From Schmidtea nova (taxonomy: Eukaryota): a stretch of 64,000 bases of DNA. The position numbers were made by a program, and so were the translations under genes. Below the pieces are notes generated by a model that had not been told where the DNA came from, ran no database searches, and worked only from the letters and a program-made list of their open reading frames with translations. The first letter of the stretch is position 1, and each line of letters opens with the position of its first letter. The DNA lies in contig CM097883.1 of assembly GCA_044892505.1 (NCBI GenBank), positions 86,924,001-86,988,000 of the forward strand, in the 5' to 3' direction. Shown here one piece after another: positions 26,715 to 41,542 of this stretch.

Positions 26715-27400
26715 TCTATGGAGAAGAAAATTACCTTTGTTGAAAAGAAGTTTTTCATAATCACTCTTACAAAGAATGGTTTTCGAGAGACCAACATTCA
26801 CCGCCTTTTTGAAAATCATGTGGAAGACATTCAAAATGTTATTGAGTCTGACAATTCTTTGAGCCTCATCAATCTCTTTATGGTCTTTGATATGCCAAGT
26901 CTACTATACAACGTATTCTGACCCAAAAAATTCAAAAATATTATACCCAATCCGCGTTTCAAGGTACAAAGAAATTCGACATGTTTTTATAACTCGTAAC
27001 ATTCGAAAGAGCTTTTCAGTCATGCACCATAAAGTGGGTTTATCCCCCTGAAGTTGACTTAACAACGGTTGCCAGAAAAATAATAGGTGACAAAACATTT
27101 CTATGGTTAATAGCCGCAAATTTTTATGGTGACGCTTACTTTGAGGTTCTTATTCATGGAGAGGCAGTCAATGATGGAAAGTATACGGAGTTCTTATTGC
27201 GATCGTATGAGCTTTTACATGTGACAAGCCTTTATTATCATGAACGGTAATGCTCGCTCTCGTGTCACGAGGGCAGTTCAAATCTGGCAGGAAGAAAAAA
27301 TATCAACTTACTCCAGCAGCCCCTTTATTCAGCTGACCTGAATTATATGGATTGCTACATCTTCAAAAACTTGGAGGCGTTCCGAGGCGTGGATACTTTG
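26715..27400 (+). pseudogene. mariner-type transposase relic
   Basis: IMNGNARSRVTRAVQIW resembles LHDNARPH. After a frameshift, QQPLYSADLNYMDCYIFKNLE (27314-27376) resembles HPPYSPDLAPSDYYLF. An N-terminal HTH-like remnant lies in ORF 26718..26921. Confidence 0.7.
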
Positions 27401-27879
27401 TCTACTAAACATTTAGTATTGGAAATGAATTTTTTGAATTGAATTTTTTTTAAAATAAAATTTTGCACGTAAATGAAATTTGTTTTTAATTTTTTGGAAT
27501 AATAATAAAAAAATGAAATATTCTTTTTAAATCTCCTTTATGTTATATAAATACCTATCAGCATTTCCTATTATCATTTTTTAAAATATTTTTTTTTCAA
27601 AAATTAACACTTTGTTCAATGATTTTAAAAAACATTTAAAACGAAAAAAAGCAAAGTTTTTACTGTTACAAATCATAAATTGTACATTTTTTATTAAATT
27701 TTTGCTTAACAACTTGCGTTAGAATTAGTATGTTTTATGTCTGATCCGAGACAATTTATTTTTCGAATGTGGCGCAAGGCAGTCACCAGGTTAGACACTT
27801 CTGATTTAAAGTAATTAATTTATCATTAATTGATGGATACCATAATAATAATGACATTATCAAAAGGAAATTCAACCCG

Positions 27880-28850
27880 AGAAGTCAGAAAAATTTATAA
27901 AAATGACAAAAAAATATTTTTACCTTTAAATTCCTTTTATCAATGACCGGATTAATTTTATGATCATCAAAGAACATAATTTCATTGGTCTTCCAATTCG
28001 TTTGGCACATGTATCTAAGACATTGGGGCAAGCCTTGGCTAACAACCCAAGAAAAGAAAATACGTGTAAGATGGAAAATTGCTAAACACCAAAGAAAATA
28101 TGCTTTCGCAAGAACATTGTCTATAGCATCATGTGTTATAAATGCGAAGAAATTTACATTGGAAGCATCCTTCGGATTTAACATCGGAGAATTAAAGAAT
28201 ATCTTGATCCCGGTGGAAAGTCATCTGTATAAAGACATCTTCAACAATGTCAGACAGAAAATACGGAAAAATTAATATCAGTTAGAATATTGACAAGAGA
28301 AAACGAATAAAATAACTCTCAGACTTAAAGAAGCTATTCTCATTAGAGGAAAACATCCAAAAATAAAGTCTAAAGAGGAAGTTAACGAAAAAAACATTTT
28401 TGTTCTACAAAGAAAAAACAGAAAAAGGGAAAAACATAAATTACAGAACATATATGGACATTTCAAATTAGTTTTAAAATTTAAATATAAAGGGTTAGAA
28501 AATTGGAATATAGAAAACAAACTAAGCTAAAACAATTTTAAACTTTAGAAAGGATAATTTTTTGCGTTGAAATTGAGAAGATTTTTTAAAGAAGTATAAG
28601 ATTTATATTTATTCTTAAAAGATTTAATTTTTAATTATAAAGATTTTAAATTTATATTAATCAGATTTACATCCAATGAAAAAGGAGATAATTCACGAGA
28701 AAGAATCAGCAGAAATGGATGAAGATTCCAGTTATATTTCGAATTAAGGATTGATGAGGATTATTTTAAAATCGAAAATTTTCACTTAATATAAGATTTT
28801 GCAGCAAAGGCTAATTTTGTTATTTATTAATTATTTAATATTTAATGTTT
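27880..28850 (+). mobile_element. Degenerate Penelope-like element, family B, copy 2
   Basis: Colinear with 7391-8420 (IPFIND...GLPIRLAH...TCKMENC*TPKKICFRKNIVYSIMCYKCEEIYIG), with extra stops and the same 3' non-coding region. Confidence 0.85.
28743..28790 (+). ncRNA. Minimal hammerhead-like motif (PLE family B)
   Basis: attaagga-TTGATGA-G-GATT-attttaa-AATC-GAAA-ATTT-tcacttaat: bulged stem I, stem II, palindromic AAAATTTT in place of stem III, and U at core position 3. Confidence 0.5.
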
Positions 28851-31800
28851 CTACCAAGGAATCACCATTTTATACTTTATCATGATTATTATTCAAAAAA
28901 GGATGGCCACCCTTAAAGCTTATCCAAGTGTACAAGTCCGCAGAAATCCTACGAATGTTATCGATGAATTGCATCAGCATCAAACTGTTAATTGAGTCGT
29001 TTATTCTCGCATATGCAAAGCGATAAAGGATTCATTCTGTTACATCTGTAAATGTACATAACTTGTTATGAAACAGAAATCTGTTTAGCAGCAGATTTTA
29101 TTTGTTGTTGTCATTTATTCGGGACTAACGTTATAAATCAATCAGTTTTATGTTGATATTTTGTTAAATTACTCGTTTTGTGCTCGTGGAATTGATTTAA
29201 TAAAAAAATTAGGATGTTGAAAAAGATGTGCCTTTGTGCATGCGTTGATTTACTAATGTGATTTATTTTCAACGGATAAAATGTAAACATTGGTCTGTGT
29301 TTTAATGGGTAAAACGATTTTCTGAAATTAAATTTCAAACTAGTTCACTAGTAAAGAAGTTTAAATTAGAAATATTTTCGACAAATTAAAAAATATTAAT
29401 AGTTTATTTTAATTTGAATATAGTTTTGTATTAATTAATTATTTTCGGTCAATTGATCAAAGAAAAATTTAATGGTTCTTCTTTGCCAACAAATTTTTGA
29501 CAATACCTGTTTCGAGTGTTAATTAATAATTTTTTTTTAATTTGATATTTTAATAAAAAAAAATTTTTAATTTGATTTATTAATAAATGAAATCGAAAAA
29601 ATATCAAAAGATGACCAATATTAATTAATTATTTCTAATTTAGAAAAGAGTTGTGTTGAAAATTCGTGTTAAATATAAAGAAAGGTATTGATTTTTAGCT
29701 TTATAAACAAATGAAGATATATGACATTGACAAAAATTGATCAATGGTGACCAAGATAAAAGATTTGCATATATGGGTTTCTTATTTGATAGTATGACAT
29801 TTGCATTAGATAATGTTAATCTTTCATTTATTAGTGTTTTTTGGTAATTATGATAATTATTCTATATAAATATATATATATAATAGGAAAAATGTTTCAG
29901 GCAATGTATATATGTCCGCTCTAGACTCGGGAACGGTTAGAGCTATCGTCTTGAAACTTTCATTATTTGGTATATATATCTTTAACGAGGAACCATATTG
30001 TTTGTAAGGTCGATTGGGCGATGGCTTCAGTTCTTTTAGTGAGCAAATGTGAGGTAAAGTCGGAATATTTAGAAATTTTTTTATACATTTTCTAACATAA
30101 CTCAATTTATACTCATACTATTGTGCTGAAATTTTGCTATACGGTAGATACGCCTTAGACGAGGAACCTTATTGCTTTTTTAGTACATCGGTAGATAGAT
30201 TCATTATAATTGTACATTATAATCTTTTTCTTATAAATTAATATTGTTTTGATTATCATAGNNNNNNNNNNNNNNNNNNNNNNNNNNNNNNNNNNNNNNN
30301 NNNNNNNNNNNNNNNNNNNNNNNNNNNNNNNNNNNNNNNNNNNNNNNNNNNNNNNNNNNNNNNNNNNNNNNNNNNNNNNNNNNNNNNNNNNNNNNNNNNN
30401 NNNNNNNNNNNNNNNNNNNNNNNNNNNNNNNNNNNNNNNNNNNNNNNNNNNNNNNNNNNNNNNNNNNNNNNNNNNNNNNNNNNNNNNNNNNNNNNNNNNN
30501 NNNNNNNNNNNNNNNNNNNNNNNNNNNNNNNNNNNNNNNNNNNNNNNNNNNNNNNNNNNNNNNNNNNNNNNNNNNNNNNNNNNNNNNNNNNNNNTCTAGA
30601 AATTAAAAATAAATTTTTAAAAAATACAAATACAAATAAAAAATATGGCACCGAAAAGAGCTGGAAGTAGAAAAAATACAAATTTTATTTATTGAAATTT
30701 CTTTCAATATTCACTGTTTGTCAGATTGCGACGAAACTTTGAGAAGTTGTTGTTTCCGTGCCAGTGGTGTTAAGTTTCTGTATTTCATGTATAAACATTT
30801 CTTGAGGGGCATAGCAACACATGCCGGGATTTCGCTAGTTATAAATAAATTATTACAATTACCTAAGATTACAAATAAATGAAAAATTAGCACTATCTAA
30901 TGCAAAGGTCGTACTATCAAATGAGAAACCATATATTTACCTTTAGTTTATCAATATTATGGTATAAATTTATTTACCTAATCTAAGTTTAGTACACGTG
31001 AGGATGGAAGTGAATTATTAAATATTAATTAAAGATTAAATTAAATTATTGTTAATCATTAGCAACTCTAATTTTCACCATTGGTCTTTTATTTCCTAAT
31101 TCAGAAATATTAATTTTTTTATCAATTTTTTTTAAAGTACACAAAAGTTATGTTTTACTTCGAAATACACAGTTGAAAAGGCTGTGTGAAAAATTCTTAT
31201 ACTTTTAAAAAAATGAAAATATTGTAAATTATATTAAATTGTGTCATATACGAAAATGATTATTGATGATGTAAGTATTATTTTTGAAAGATTTGTCAAT
31301 TTATTTCTTTAAAACAGTCTCTGATTTTGGATATGAAAAAAAATTTTATTATCAAATTTTTGTACATTTCGACTTTGAATTGTCTGACTTTAAAAGAAAT
31401 TGCATGAAATCTAATTTATTTATATTTAATTATATTTAATTAATGTTCCGAATAAATTTACCAACGATTAAATAAATTAAGTATAAATATTAAAAAATGT
31501 TGAACTGTCTGAACACCAATCTTTTAGCATTAAAAGATCAAACTCTTTTTGTGTTCAACAGACCTAGTGAAGAAAGCTGCTAAAATCATGGTGCTGAATG
31601 AATTTCTTGATGAATTATTGATTTATTCTTTTCTTTTACTCTTCAATTAATTCAGATCTTTGAAATAATTATGCAAATTATTATCCGCAAAAGTGGAAAG
31701 CAAATAGCAACAAATTGACATCTAAAAATATAAATGTTAAAAACAGTTCGACTGCATTTTTTCAAATTCTAATTATCATAATTTTATTTTGATTTATTCT

Positions 31801-33814
31801 TCCAGTTCGCGTAAATGTTAATCGAGTTCACGGCACTTTTCGGTAATTTATTTACAGTCCATGTCGATTTGCGTCAGTTCATAGAATCAATATTTATCGT
31901 TCAAGTTTTTTTATTTAGAAAAATTTATTTAATTAAAAATTATTAATTTAATTTAATTTATTTTTAGTAATTAAAAGTGTTAATATTTATAAAATTATTA
32001 TTAATTAATTAATATTAATTAAAATAAATACAAATTTAAAATATTCAGGATAAATTATAGTATTTTTATAACGATTTTTGGAATCGTACGATTTTATATT
32101 TTTTCTAATGTATTTTGAAAAATTAAATTTTGAAAAATTATACTACTTTCTTAAGCAAAAAAACAAAGTTTTCAATTAAAGATAAATGTTCACGAAAAAT
32201 CTATTTGAGCTGTGGAGTCGCAAATAAAGTTGGGGTCGGTACAAATTAAACGATTACAACTTCAAAAGAAATTTTATTTTATTTTATTTAATTTAATTTA
32301 ATTTAATTTAATTAAAATTTAATTAATTAAAATTTAATTAATTAAAATTTAATTTAACTAAATTTATGTCTTACATTTTTTCAACTAAAGTCGAAGTGGA
32401 ATCAGAGTCGTTTTGTAGATTTCAAAGTAAAGGAGTAGGAGTCCATAAAATCTCTAAGAATTTTCAAAATTAAATAACATTTTAATACTAAAACTATTAT
32501 TAGTCAATTAAAATAAGTAAATAAGTAAATTTCATATATTATAATCAATTTGTAACCAATAGTTGCAATAATATTAGAATTCAATTTATGTTAATTTTTT
32601 CATTTAGTTATTATTAAACATGGAATATAAATTTTGATTAAAACTTATTTATATATTAGTTAACGATTGTTTCAGACCGAATTAATTAATAATCAAAAGA
32701 TAAAATCAACATAATCAAATTAAAATAAAACTCAATTAAAGTAGAAATTAACCGTATTGGGTATAAAGGTCACACTGGTAGATAAGAAATTCTAAGTAAG
32801 CTCTCTAAAGTAGGGGCCGGCAACCTTTTTTACTAGGATGGCATAGTTCGGAAATTCAAGAGTTTGGCGGGCACTGGAAATGAAAGGGAAGGATTATTAA
32901 TACAAAACATAAAATAAAAATCCATTATTAAATTATTGCATAAATTTTGAAAAATAAATTCAAATTTTAATTGAAAAAAATAAAATATTAAATTGATAAT
33001 TAATGCGATATTTGACATTGCAAATCTGCGGCTAAGTCGTAATTTGGCGCATAAGGAGAATTACTAGTTCTCAGACATTGATCCAAATGTGTGTTAGTGA
33101 GTCTTGGTTGGTACTTTGATTTTAATTATTCCATATTGGAAAACAAACATTTACAAGCATATATCGATGTGTTGAAAGGCCAATTTCAGAGTACATTTTT
33201 TCAACAATGATATTTTAGTAATAAAAAATTAAAATTTATACGTCCTAGGTAAGTTCTTAGGAAATTGGCAGAAAATCCAAATACCGAATAACTAAGCAAT
33301 CCAAAAAATAGTTCAGTTTTTCTCTAACAAAAACTAATTACTTAAGTTTTGTTAGGATTGATTAGTTATACAGCTTTTCGATATAACGCCAGTTTTATAA
33401 GAACGTACATGAGTCGTATAACGAGGTACAGGTGTATACTATATTAGATATTAATTTTAATTTTTTTTTACTAAAATATCATACTTTGTGGTATTAGTGT
33501 TATTTAAATAAATTTATTGAAATTCTTTAAATTAAAAAATATTGTTATAAACAAATGAAAAAAGTCAACAATTTTGTTCTTTGAAATTAAGACGGTAGAC
33601 ACTTTAAATGATACACAGGCACCAAGGTATCCGTAAATACCACGCTGCCGACTCCTGTTTTGAAGAGCTTTCGTGAAAATCAGTTGAAATGGAAAGAATA
33701 GATTAGAAAAAACTTACCAAAAAAGTAACTATACTCAAGGCCTATTTTAAGTCGAAATATTTCATTAAATAAACATTAAGAAAAAGACTTACAGATTTAT
33801 TTAAAAGATATTAT

Positions 33815-33891
<77 letters not shown>

Positions 33892-34149
33892 TAAATAATC
33901 ACAAAAACATGACACATATAATATACTTGTCTGCAGGTGTTTTTAGGTCAACATCACAATATCTAATAACCAAATAAATTTATTTATTTATACAAATAAC
34001 AATAATTTTAAAATACAAAAAGCTTTTTAAAATTATCAAAAAAATTTTAAAAATTACAATGAAGTAAATTTTTTAAAAATATCCTTTATTAAATATATTT
34101 AAAAATTTTATAGCTATACTCATGTTTGTAAATAATAACATAATTGAAG

Positions 34150-36640
34150 AATAAATCTCATAATCTTCAATGCTCTAAAACCATTTATAGCTCTGTAATC
34201 CAAACACGTTCTTATCTCGCCATTCTTTTTCTTAACTACCACAATTGAAAAAGTCCATGGAAAGTTGCTGACAATATGATTAAAATCTTCCACTAAACCT
34301 TTAGGTATTTTGCTAGGTTTAAAATTTATTGGCTTGGCCAATCCTGTTTCAATCTCATAGTTTACTAGCTCTGATTCTCCAATCTCCATTTTGTATTTAC
34401 TAAATATATCATTATTATTTCATATAATATTCATTACTTTAATTTTCTCTTCTCTTTTGATGAACTTATCTGTGTCGTTTTTTTATTTTTTTTCTCATTC
34501 TTTTGTGGCTCTGCGCATAATTCTTTACTTATAACACTCAGATCTGCTCCAGTGTCGAACATCAGTTTAACTTTCTTATTTCTAATTGAGCATTCCGCTG
34601 TTGGCTTTATTTAGTTATATAAAAAAACCTGACTCTTCGTGCTTTCTAACAAATTAAATAAAGATATCGTACACTACAAATTTATTTAAAACTCAAAAAC
34701 AATTTTCAAAAATATTGTCACAACACTTGATATGCACATTTTTTTTATTTATGACAAGATAGGTAATTCAAAGGGAGACCACCTTTATGTACTCTTTAAA
34801 TATTTTTTGATTAATCTGAATAACTAACTCTACTCTGCTTTTTTAATCTTTTGATTTCTCTTTCTTAGACCAACTGGTAATTGACAAAAATTGTAGTCCC
34901 TTATCTCTCTTTCTGGATAACCTAATGACCGAAATAAATTATCTAACCGCAAATTATCTAAAAACAAAATAATAACCAATCAGACTAAATCTGGCAAAAC
35001 AAAACAATTAATTAGGTGACATAGCACCTTTAACTCAGGGACTCTTCTTTAATAATTTATGTTTACCCTATAGCCGGCTATTATCCGGCTTTATGAAATA
35101 ATTTAATTATTTATTTAGCTGTCAGCTCGGGCTTCTCGTTAGCTTGGGGTTTTCATTAACCAATTAAATTAATTTCTTATTTTGAATTGATTTGAATTTC
35201 TTAACCGTCTAGCAGGTAAATTTTTGTTAATTTATTTTTTTTCACTTTTAAAAATTCCAACATCAACAGATTACAAACATTTTAGATGGCCTACTATTGT
35301 TTAATCTTTTTAAAATATTGTGTAACTGTGATAATAATGTAGTCCGCCTTTAGGAAGGCTTGCCTGCTAGAGGGTTAATATCTTTTTATGGGGACTCCAT
35401 TTATTTTTTATTATTAACTTCGTATTCGTCTCACTATTTCCCATTTGCTTACACCCGTTTCCCCTGCAAAGTATTGATTTATAGTTTTTAATTAATTTTT
35501 GTAATACTTTTTAAATTTTTCCTTTTTTATTTGTTTTACACACAAATTTCTGTTTTTACCGTCTTTTTACACCAATTTAGACAAACCCAATAGCTTATTC
35601 TTCATTTTTTCTGGTCTTCTACTTGAAATTAATGTAACTTGATATGATCTTAGTGTTTGTCTAGGCTTAGCTGCTTCTTTATTTACACATTTTTCTTCTA
35701 AATTTGATTTTTTAACGTTATTGGTTTTATCCTGGTTCAAACCAGTAATGGAATTTAAAGTTTTTTCTTCGCTTGTTTCTATTTTCATTTGTAAAGTTGT
35801 ATTTATTGTCATTTTCTTAAATGTATCTAAAGTTGTTTTGACTGCAAGCTCTAATGTAATGATAACCTCCTCAACCAAAGTATTTTATTAGTTTTTTATA
35901 GTCATATTGTCGGCCCGCTTGTTTATTCAGCGGTTATGAATTCAATTTACGTGGGTAACGTTTACAATATCCTGAATGATGACCTATTTGATTTCAGTTT
36001 AAACATTTTCTCCTGTCTTTTTCTCGAGGATTATGACGTCTTTTATGACATCTCAATTGCTCTATTGTTCGTTTTATATTTTAAATTTCTTCTCCTAATG
36101 TTTTTATTATCTCTGGTTTAGTTATCAAACATTACAATAACTTCTTTCTTCTTCTGATGGGATCTCCGGCTATTTGCTTCTTTTACTGTCTTCAATACTT
36201 TATCTAAAGTCTTTAGTTTTAAGAAGTCTATGGCACTTACCACGTTCATACTACGCATTTCTGTGATAAAGACTTTTACCATTAGTTCTCAATTTTTTCC
36301 TTAATTAATGCAATTCATTTTGATTCTTATACTGAAATCTACAATACCCTCGTCTTTGTTTTGTATTACTTCTCGGAATATAATTGCTAATTTTGATATT
36401 TCGGATTGTTTTACTTCAAGCAGCTTTTCTGTTCTCTTTGAGTAAAACTCAACATCACTATTAGTTTCTCGTTTTTTTTCGATCTATTTCTTTTATAATA
36501 TTTCTGTAAAAATATCCTAGGATGATATTTAGTTTATTCTGTTCAGCAATTTGTTTGCACTCACTGAAAAGATCCACATATTATTTAACTCCTAATGTGT
36601 TCTTTTACTGTTTCCCCAGTATTTCTGCTTTTTTTGAAAA
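34150..36640 (-). pseudogene. Ty3/Gypsy LTR-retrotransposon relic (gag, protease, RT start)
   Basis: Zinc knuckle CLN*NQIGHHSGYC (about 36005-35962); protease IRNKKVKLMFDTGADLSVIS (DTG at 34556-34548); RT start YEIETGLAKPINFKP...PWTFSIVVVKKKNGEIRTCLDYRAIN. The order is gag-PR-RT. No LTRs were recognised. Confidence 0.8.
35205..35374. mobile_element. piggyBac-like MITE nested in the Gypsy relic
   Basis: TTAA|CCGTCTAGCAGG ... CCTGCTAGAGGG|TTAA. Confidence 0.75.
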
Positions 36641-36688
36641 ATATTTGGATTCGAAAACTCTTCTTTAATCAATAATAAAGCAACATAC

Positions 36689-36768
<80 letters not shown>

Positions 36769-36787
36769 TATTATAATTATAATAAAT

Positions 36788-36887
36788 ATCTTTTTTCACC
36801 TTTGATCTTTTTTTGTTATTATTATCAATAATTCTCATAATGATGACTATAGATCAAAATTTTTTTTTAAACAATACCACAATATTT
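36788..36887. repeat. Palindromic family, left arm running into an N-gap
   Basis: atcttttttcacctttgatc...gactatagatcaaaa...cacaatattt, then Ns where the hairpin centre should be. Confidence 0.85.
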
Positions 36888-38324
36888 NNNNNNNNNNNNN
36901 NNNNNNNNNNNNNNNNNNNNNNNNNNNNNNNNNNNNNNNNNNNNNNNNNNNNNNNNNNNNNNNNNNNNNNNNNNNNNNNNNNNNNNNNNNNNNNNNNNNN
37001 NNNNNNNNNNNNNNNNNNNNNNNNNNNNNNNNNNNNNNNNNNNNNNNNNNNNNNNNNNNNNNNNNNNNNNNNNNNNNNNNNNNNNNNNNNNNNNNNNNNN
37101 NNNNNNNNNNNNNNNNNNNNNNNNNNNNNNNNNNNNNNNNNNNNNNNNNNNNNNNNNNNNNNNNNNNNNNNNNNNNNNNNNNNNNNNNNNNNNNNNNNNN
37201 NNNNNNNNNNNNNNNNNNNNNNNNNTTAATTGAATCCGTTAAAATCCATTATTGAATGACCTCAACAAACGGCGGCGGTGGCGGCAGCGGCGGAATATAA
37301 CGTAGTGACAGTTGTCTCTGAGTCAATATCAATTATAAGACATGTCATGATACATGTCAAATAAAATTGTGGCGAAATGTTATTTATTTTTGGATAATTC
37401 TGTCATTATAAAGTCAAAATCATCTTTTGAAAATTTCAATTAAATTTTTAATGGAACTGTGAAAATAATTTTTTTTAATTATTATTATTATTATTATTAT
37501 TATTAAAAACTATTTTTATAATTATTATTACAACTATTAGCGTTATAGAAATTTAATTTAAAGTTTGAAACATAAAATTTCAAAAGAAAGAATGAAAATG
37601 AGTCAGCAATTGAAATAAATAAATGATAAATAATTTGTACGTAACAAATGATCACTAAAAGGTGAAAACTCCAAAATAAATCGATTAATTATTTGAGAGG
37701 AACATAAATCATTAAAATTGGACAAACAAAAATCATTGAAATCTCATTTGAAAAATGAAGGTGAAAATGCATATCAAATCTGATTGGTGATGAGAGAAAT
37801 TGCTATGAATGATTCAGGCTAGACTTTGACATTAGCCTTTTTTAGCCTTGGTTCCATAAATGTACAAGCATCAGGCACCGAGAAATGATTTATCTAAAAA
37901 AATTAAATTATGTGAAAAATATTTAATTTAATATAATTTATTTTAAACAAACAAATTTTGAGATTTTCAAGTTTTAGTTAAAAACTTGATGACAGATATC
38001 CATCATACATCAATGTCTACTCAACGCTTTTAGCTTTTGTAATTTGGTCTCATTTAAAATTATAATTTGGATTTCAGTCAATTTTAGTCAGTGATATCAA
38101 GGCATCATGAATGTTGCACATCTAATAATTTTTAGGGTTTAATTATGTCTGGGTGCCCCCAATTCTCAATCTGTGATAAACATCAGTATGTCAGAATACA
38201 AATTAGGAAGATACTTTTCATTTAAAAAAACGTTATTTTTCCATTTGAATCTACATGAATTTAAATCTGTTATTGCATAATTCATGTCAAAAGAGGCACC
38301 GTGGAATCCTATCATTGACATCTT

Positions 38325-38540
38325 TTTATTTTCACCTTTGATCTTTTCGTTTCTCTTTCAGAGATTTTCATATTTTTTATAAAGTTTAAAAAGATCAAAA
38401 TATTTTTAAAAGTTTTACGAATTTTCGGCACAGTTTTTTCAATTGTATATTTGGGAAGATAGATACTTAAAAAGGCTGTGTTGAAAATTTGAGTACTTAA
38501 AAAATACTTTTATCTAGTCTTTATAAAAAAATATGAAAAC
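38325..38540. repeat. Palindromic family, old diverged copy
   Basis: ttttcacctttgatc...ttttcggcacagtttttt / aaaaaggctgtgttgaaaa; centre near 38455. Confidence 0.65.
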
Positions 38541-40965
38541 TTTTTAATACTTCTATTATTAAATTATCTGTTATATTATTTTTTTGTTTGGCTCTTGCGA
38601 GTGTCGTGGTCATATTATATATTGAGTTCAAGACATAATGTAGTATTCAAAACCTTTAGTTTATTTTTACATTTTGTGCACTTATATTAGTTGATAAGCA
38701 TTATTTACAGCAACAGAAGTCCTGTGTATTTATATCTGTAGTCAAAAAATTAATTAATTATAAAACATTGTTAATGTATGAAAGGCACTTGGAAGTGAGT
38801 AGGAAACTGATAGAGGAATTGTTAGCTAAATAAGTAATTTCAATGTATGTTTATTAATGAAAATCATTAAATAATTTCCAACACATTCGAAAGGTGTATC
38901 TGTACTTTACTTTAAAAAATAAATGCAAATTTTTAAATAGAAAAATCTTAAGTGTAATAGCACTATTTATTGAAAATTACATATTCTACAATTATGATAA
39001 AATTTACAATACCAATTCATAATCATGAAAATATTTTAAAATAAAAATTTTGCTTCAAAAACATTTTTTATGATAAAAAATATATTTGATTTCAATTACA
39101 ATTTTTTGCGTGACGTGTTTAAATATTGTTATTACTTATCAAATTGTTCAGAATGGTAATATTGGATAAATCTATTAGCCTATAGAATTACAGTTCAATC
39201 CATCGTATGATGTTTTGGTTTTTAATGTTTTAAAATTGTGATAATAAAACAATTAACAATTAAAAGTTTATTTTGATTCAAATCGCATATTTTAGACTTT
39301 TTAGTTTATTTGTTAGCTTTGTTAAAAGTGTATTGTATGTGCAGCATAGTGAAATTTCCTCTATTCTCAATATAGCCCGCCAGAGGGTCTGAGTTTGAAA
39401 TACCTATGATTTACAGCTTACCTGTGCTAATTTTCGTAATATCAAAAATGTGTATTTTTTCTTTTTACTTATTTAATGTAAGAAAGAAAAAACATTTATT
39501 TTTAAATTTAATTGATATATTCTATTTTTATATTAAAAATAATTTTATTCATCAATTTTTGAAATTAACGTATAATCTACCTCCTCCATTGAAAACTTTG
39601 TCGTTAAAAAGCGAATGTTTCAGTACTTTTGGACATAAATAAAGTGCAAATTCGCTAATTACGAGCATTTAAAATTTTTAAAAAATGATTTTTGGAAATT
39701 TTTCGGATATTATTAATGAATGTATGTGAAAGACTTAAATTAGCATTTAAATAGATTTTACACTAAAATAAACATTTTTTGAATTTTACCCTTTAACAAA
39801 AAAATTAGAAAAATCCTCAAAATTTTATAAAAAAGCATAATTATATTTAATTTAATAATTAAAATACCATTATAATAATAAAATATTTAAAATACAACAA
39901 AACTGGCTAAATTACTGCCAACTGCATTTAATATGTGTCTCATTTGTACGTAATAAGGGACAGTTGGTATACATATTATTTCCAAATTATGGCTGATATA
40001 TGCAAGGAAATGAGTTAAAAACTTGAAACAAACATATCAATGATATACAGTCAGGAACAACTACAAAACGGATATTTAAATACGTTCGGATTTATTCATG
40101 CTCTCATCAAACTATGAACGGAGTATACAATTTTGATTGACTATTTTCCATCAAACCATAAAAAATATTACTTTAAACTTGTTTGTTTATCCCAGATTTA
40201 TTTTGGAATGGTGTATTAAAAAATGCAAAGTAAATTTATTTTCATTTCATTTTTATATTCAATAGACATCTAAGGAAAAATATCTTGAAAAAAGTGTAGT
40301 GATTCCGAATTCAAACCTGCTTTTTTCCACCTGAATAATCCTCAATCTCAATAAACTCAATTGATTTCTTATATTTTCAGAATAAAAATCAACACAAATT
40401 TTCGGCACTGTATTTTTCGGAACATCCATACCAGTGAAATATTCCATTAACTAATCTTTTTCCAATAAAATTTTCTCATTTTCATCTAAAAAATTTCTAT
40501 TCGCCTATATTAGACGATACTCTCAAATCTAATAGTGAAAGATTTTCGCGACCCGCTCGACTAGTAAAGATTCCATTTAAGTATATCTTATCATGTTTGC
40601 TTTAATTTACTTTAGTAGCAAAACCTATTTGCTTCTTAGTGATTTTATGAGAATAATCTCAACGACACCGAGTAAGAGGAGTAGTTTATATGTGAATATC
40701 CCAAATACCCATTGCTCATTTGTTTATGTATATATTCTTAAAGTTTTTCACGGCCCACCTAAATTCAGTTTGTACCCACATTTTGAGAATTTCTGACCTA
40801 GATCCATTTTTGTAGCTTTTTATGGAATTAAATTTTTCTAAGCATAAGATGGAAATAAAAATAGTGTGACAAATATGTTATCTGATATTATTATTTTTAT
40901 AATAAGAGCTCAATAAATTTTTAAACGTTGTCATCTTTTCTTCCTATAATTACTTTTTGCATTAA

Positions 40966-41201
40966 CCCTCCAGACGTGGGCTATTTCTTTTTTAATTTTT
41001 TTTTGTATCAAATCGCGGGATATTATTGTTAGCTATTTATATTAGTTATAAGGATTATATTATTGGAATGTAAAAAAGAAAACGAAAATTTTAGTATAAA
41101 TTTGCAAATTTATTGACATTTAGCAACGCGATAATAGCGTACCCCGCGGAATTGTATAGGATAAGTGAAACGTGATATCCACGTTGCCCGCGGCTGGATG
41201 G
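40966..41201. mobile_element. piggyBac-like MITE (degenerate)
   Basis: TTAA|CCCTCCAGACGTGGGC ... GCCCGCGGCTGGATGG|CTAA. Confidence 0.55.
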
Positions 41202-41542
41202 CTAACTATTCAGGCAAGGATGGTAATAAGGAGTTTAAATTTAATTTATAATTCAAATAATTTTATATAAATTAATAACTTTTCTCATTGTCCGACAGTA
41301 GATCAAAAATATTTTTTCTTATTCAACACTAATTTCAGGTACTGCCCTTTTCAAGTGTTAAGGAATTAACAATTTTGTTGAAAATTGTGTTGAATAAGAG
41401 AAAAAGACATATTTTTGATATCTTGTCTAAAATATGAAAATGAGTGAAATAAAAAAGGATCAAATGGTGAAGATTACTAAAGATTTTCATGATACGAATT
41501 AATACTCTGACTTTGCAGAAAATGATATTCATCGGTATTTAG

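Noticed and set aside
5558-28085. In-frame TAA in the Polinton and PLE-B relics as a sign of a non-standard genetic code
   Set aside because: The intact PLE ORFs end in TAA, and the relics also carry frameshifts and other stops; ordinary decay explains it.
29005-29060. CKAIKDSFCYICK, resembling an N-terminal transposase zinc motif
   Set aside because: Only about 13 residues, followed by a stop, with no catalytic region or TIRs found.
29895-30180. Possible Helitron/DINE-like non-autonomous fragment (also near 6330-6480 and 37261-37330)
   Set aside because: Only a loose resemblance; no termini or hairpin could be defined.
32205-33660. Isolated hAT-like ends (gagctgtggagtcg, taggggccggcaacc, ccgactcc) and a Tigger-like end near 33415
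   Set aside because: They could not be paired into elements with TSDs.
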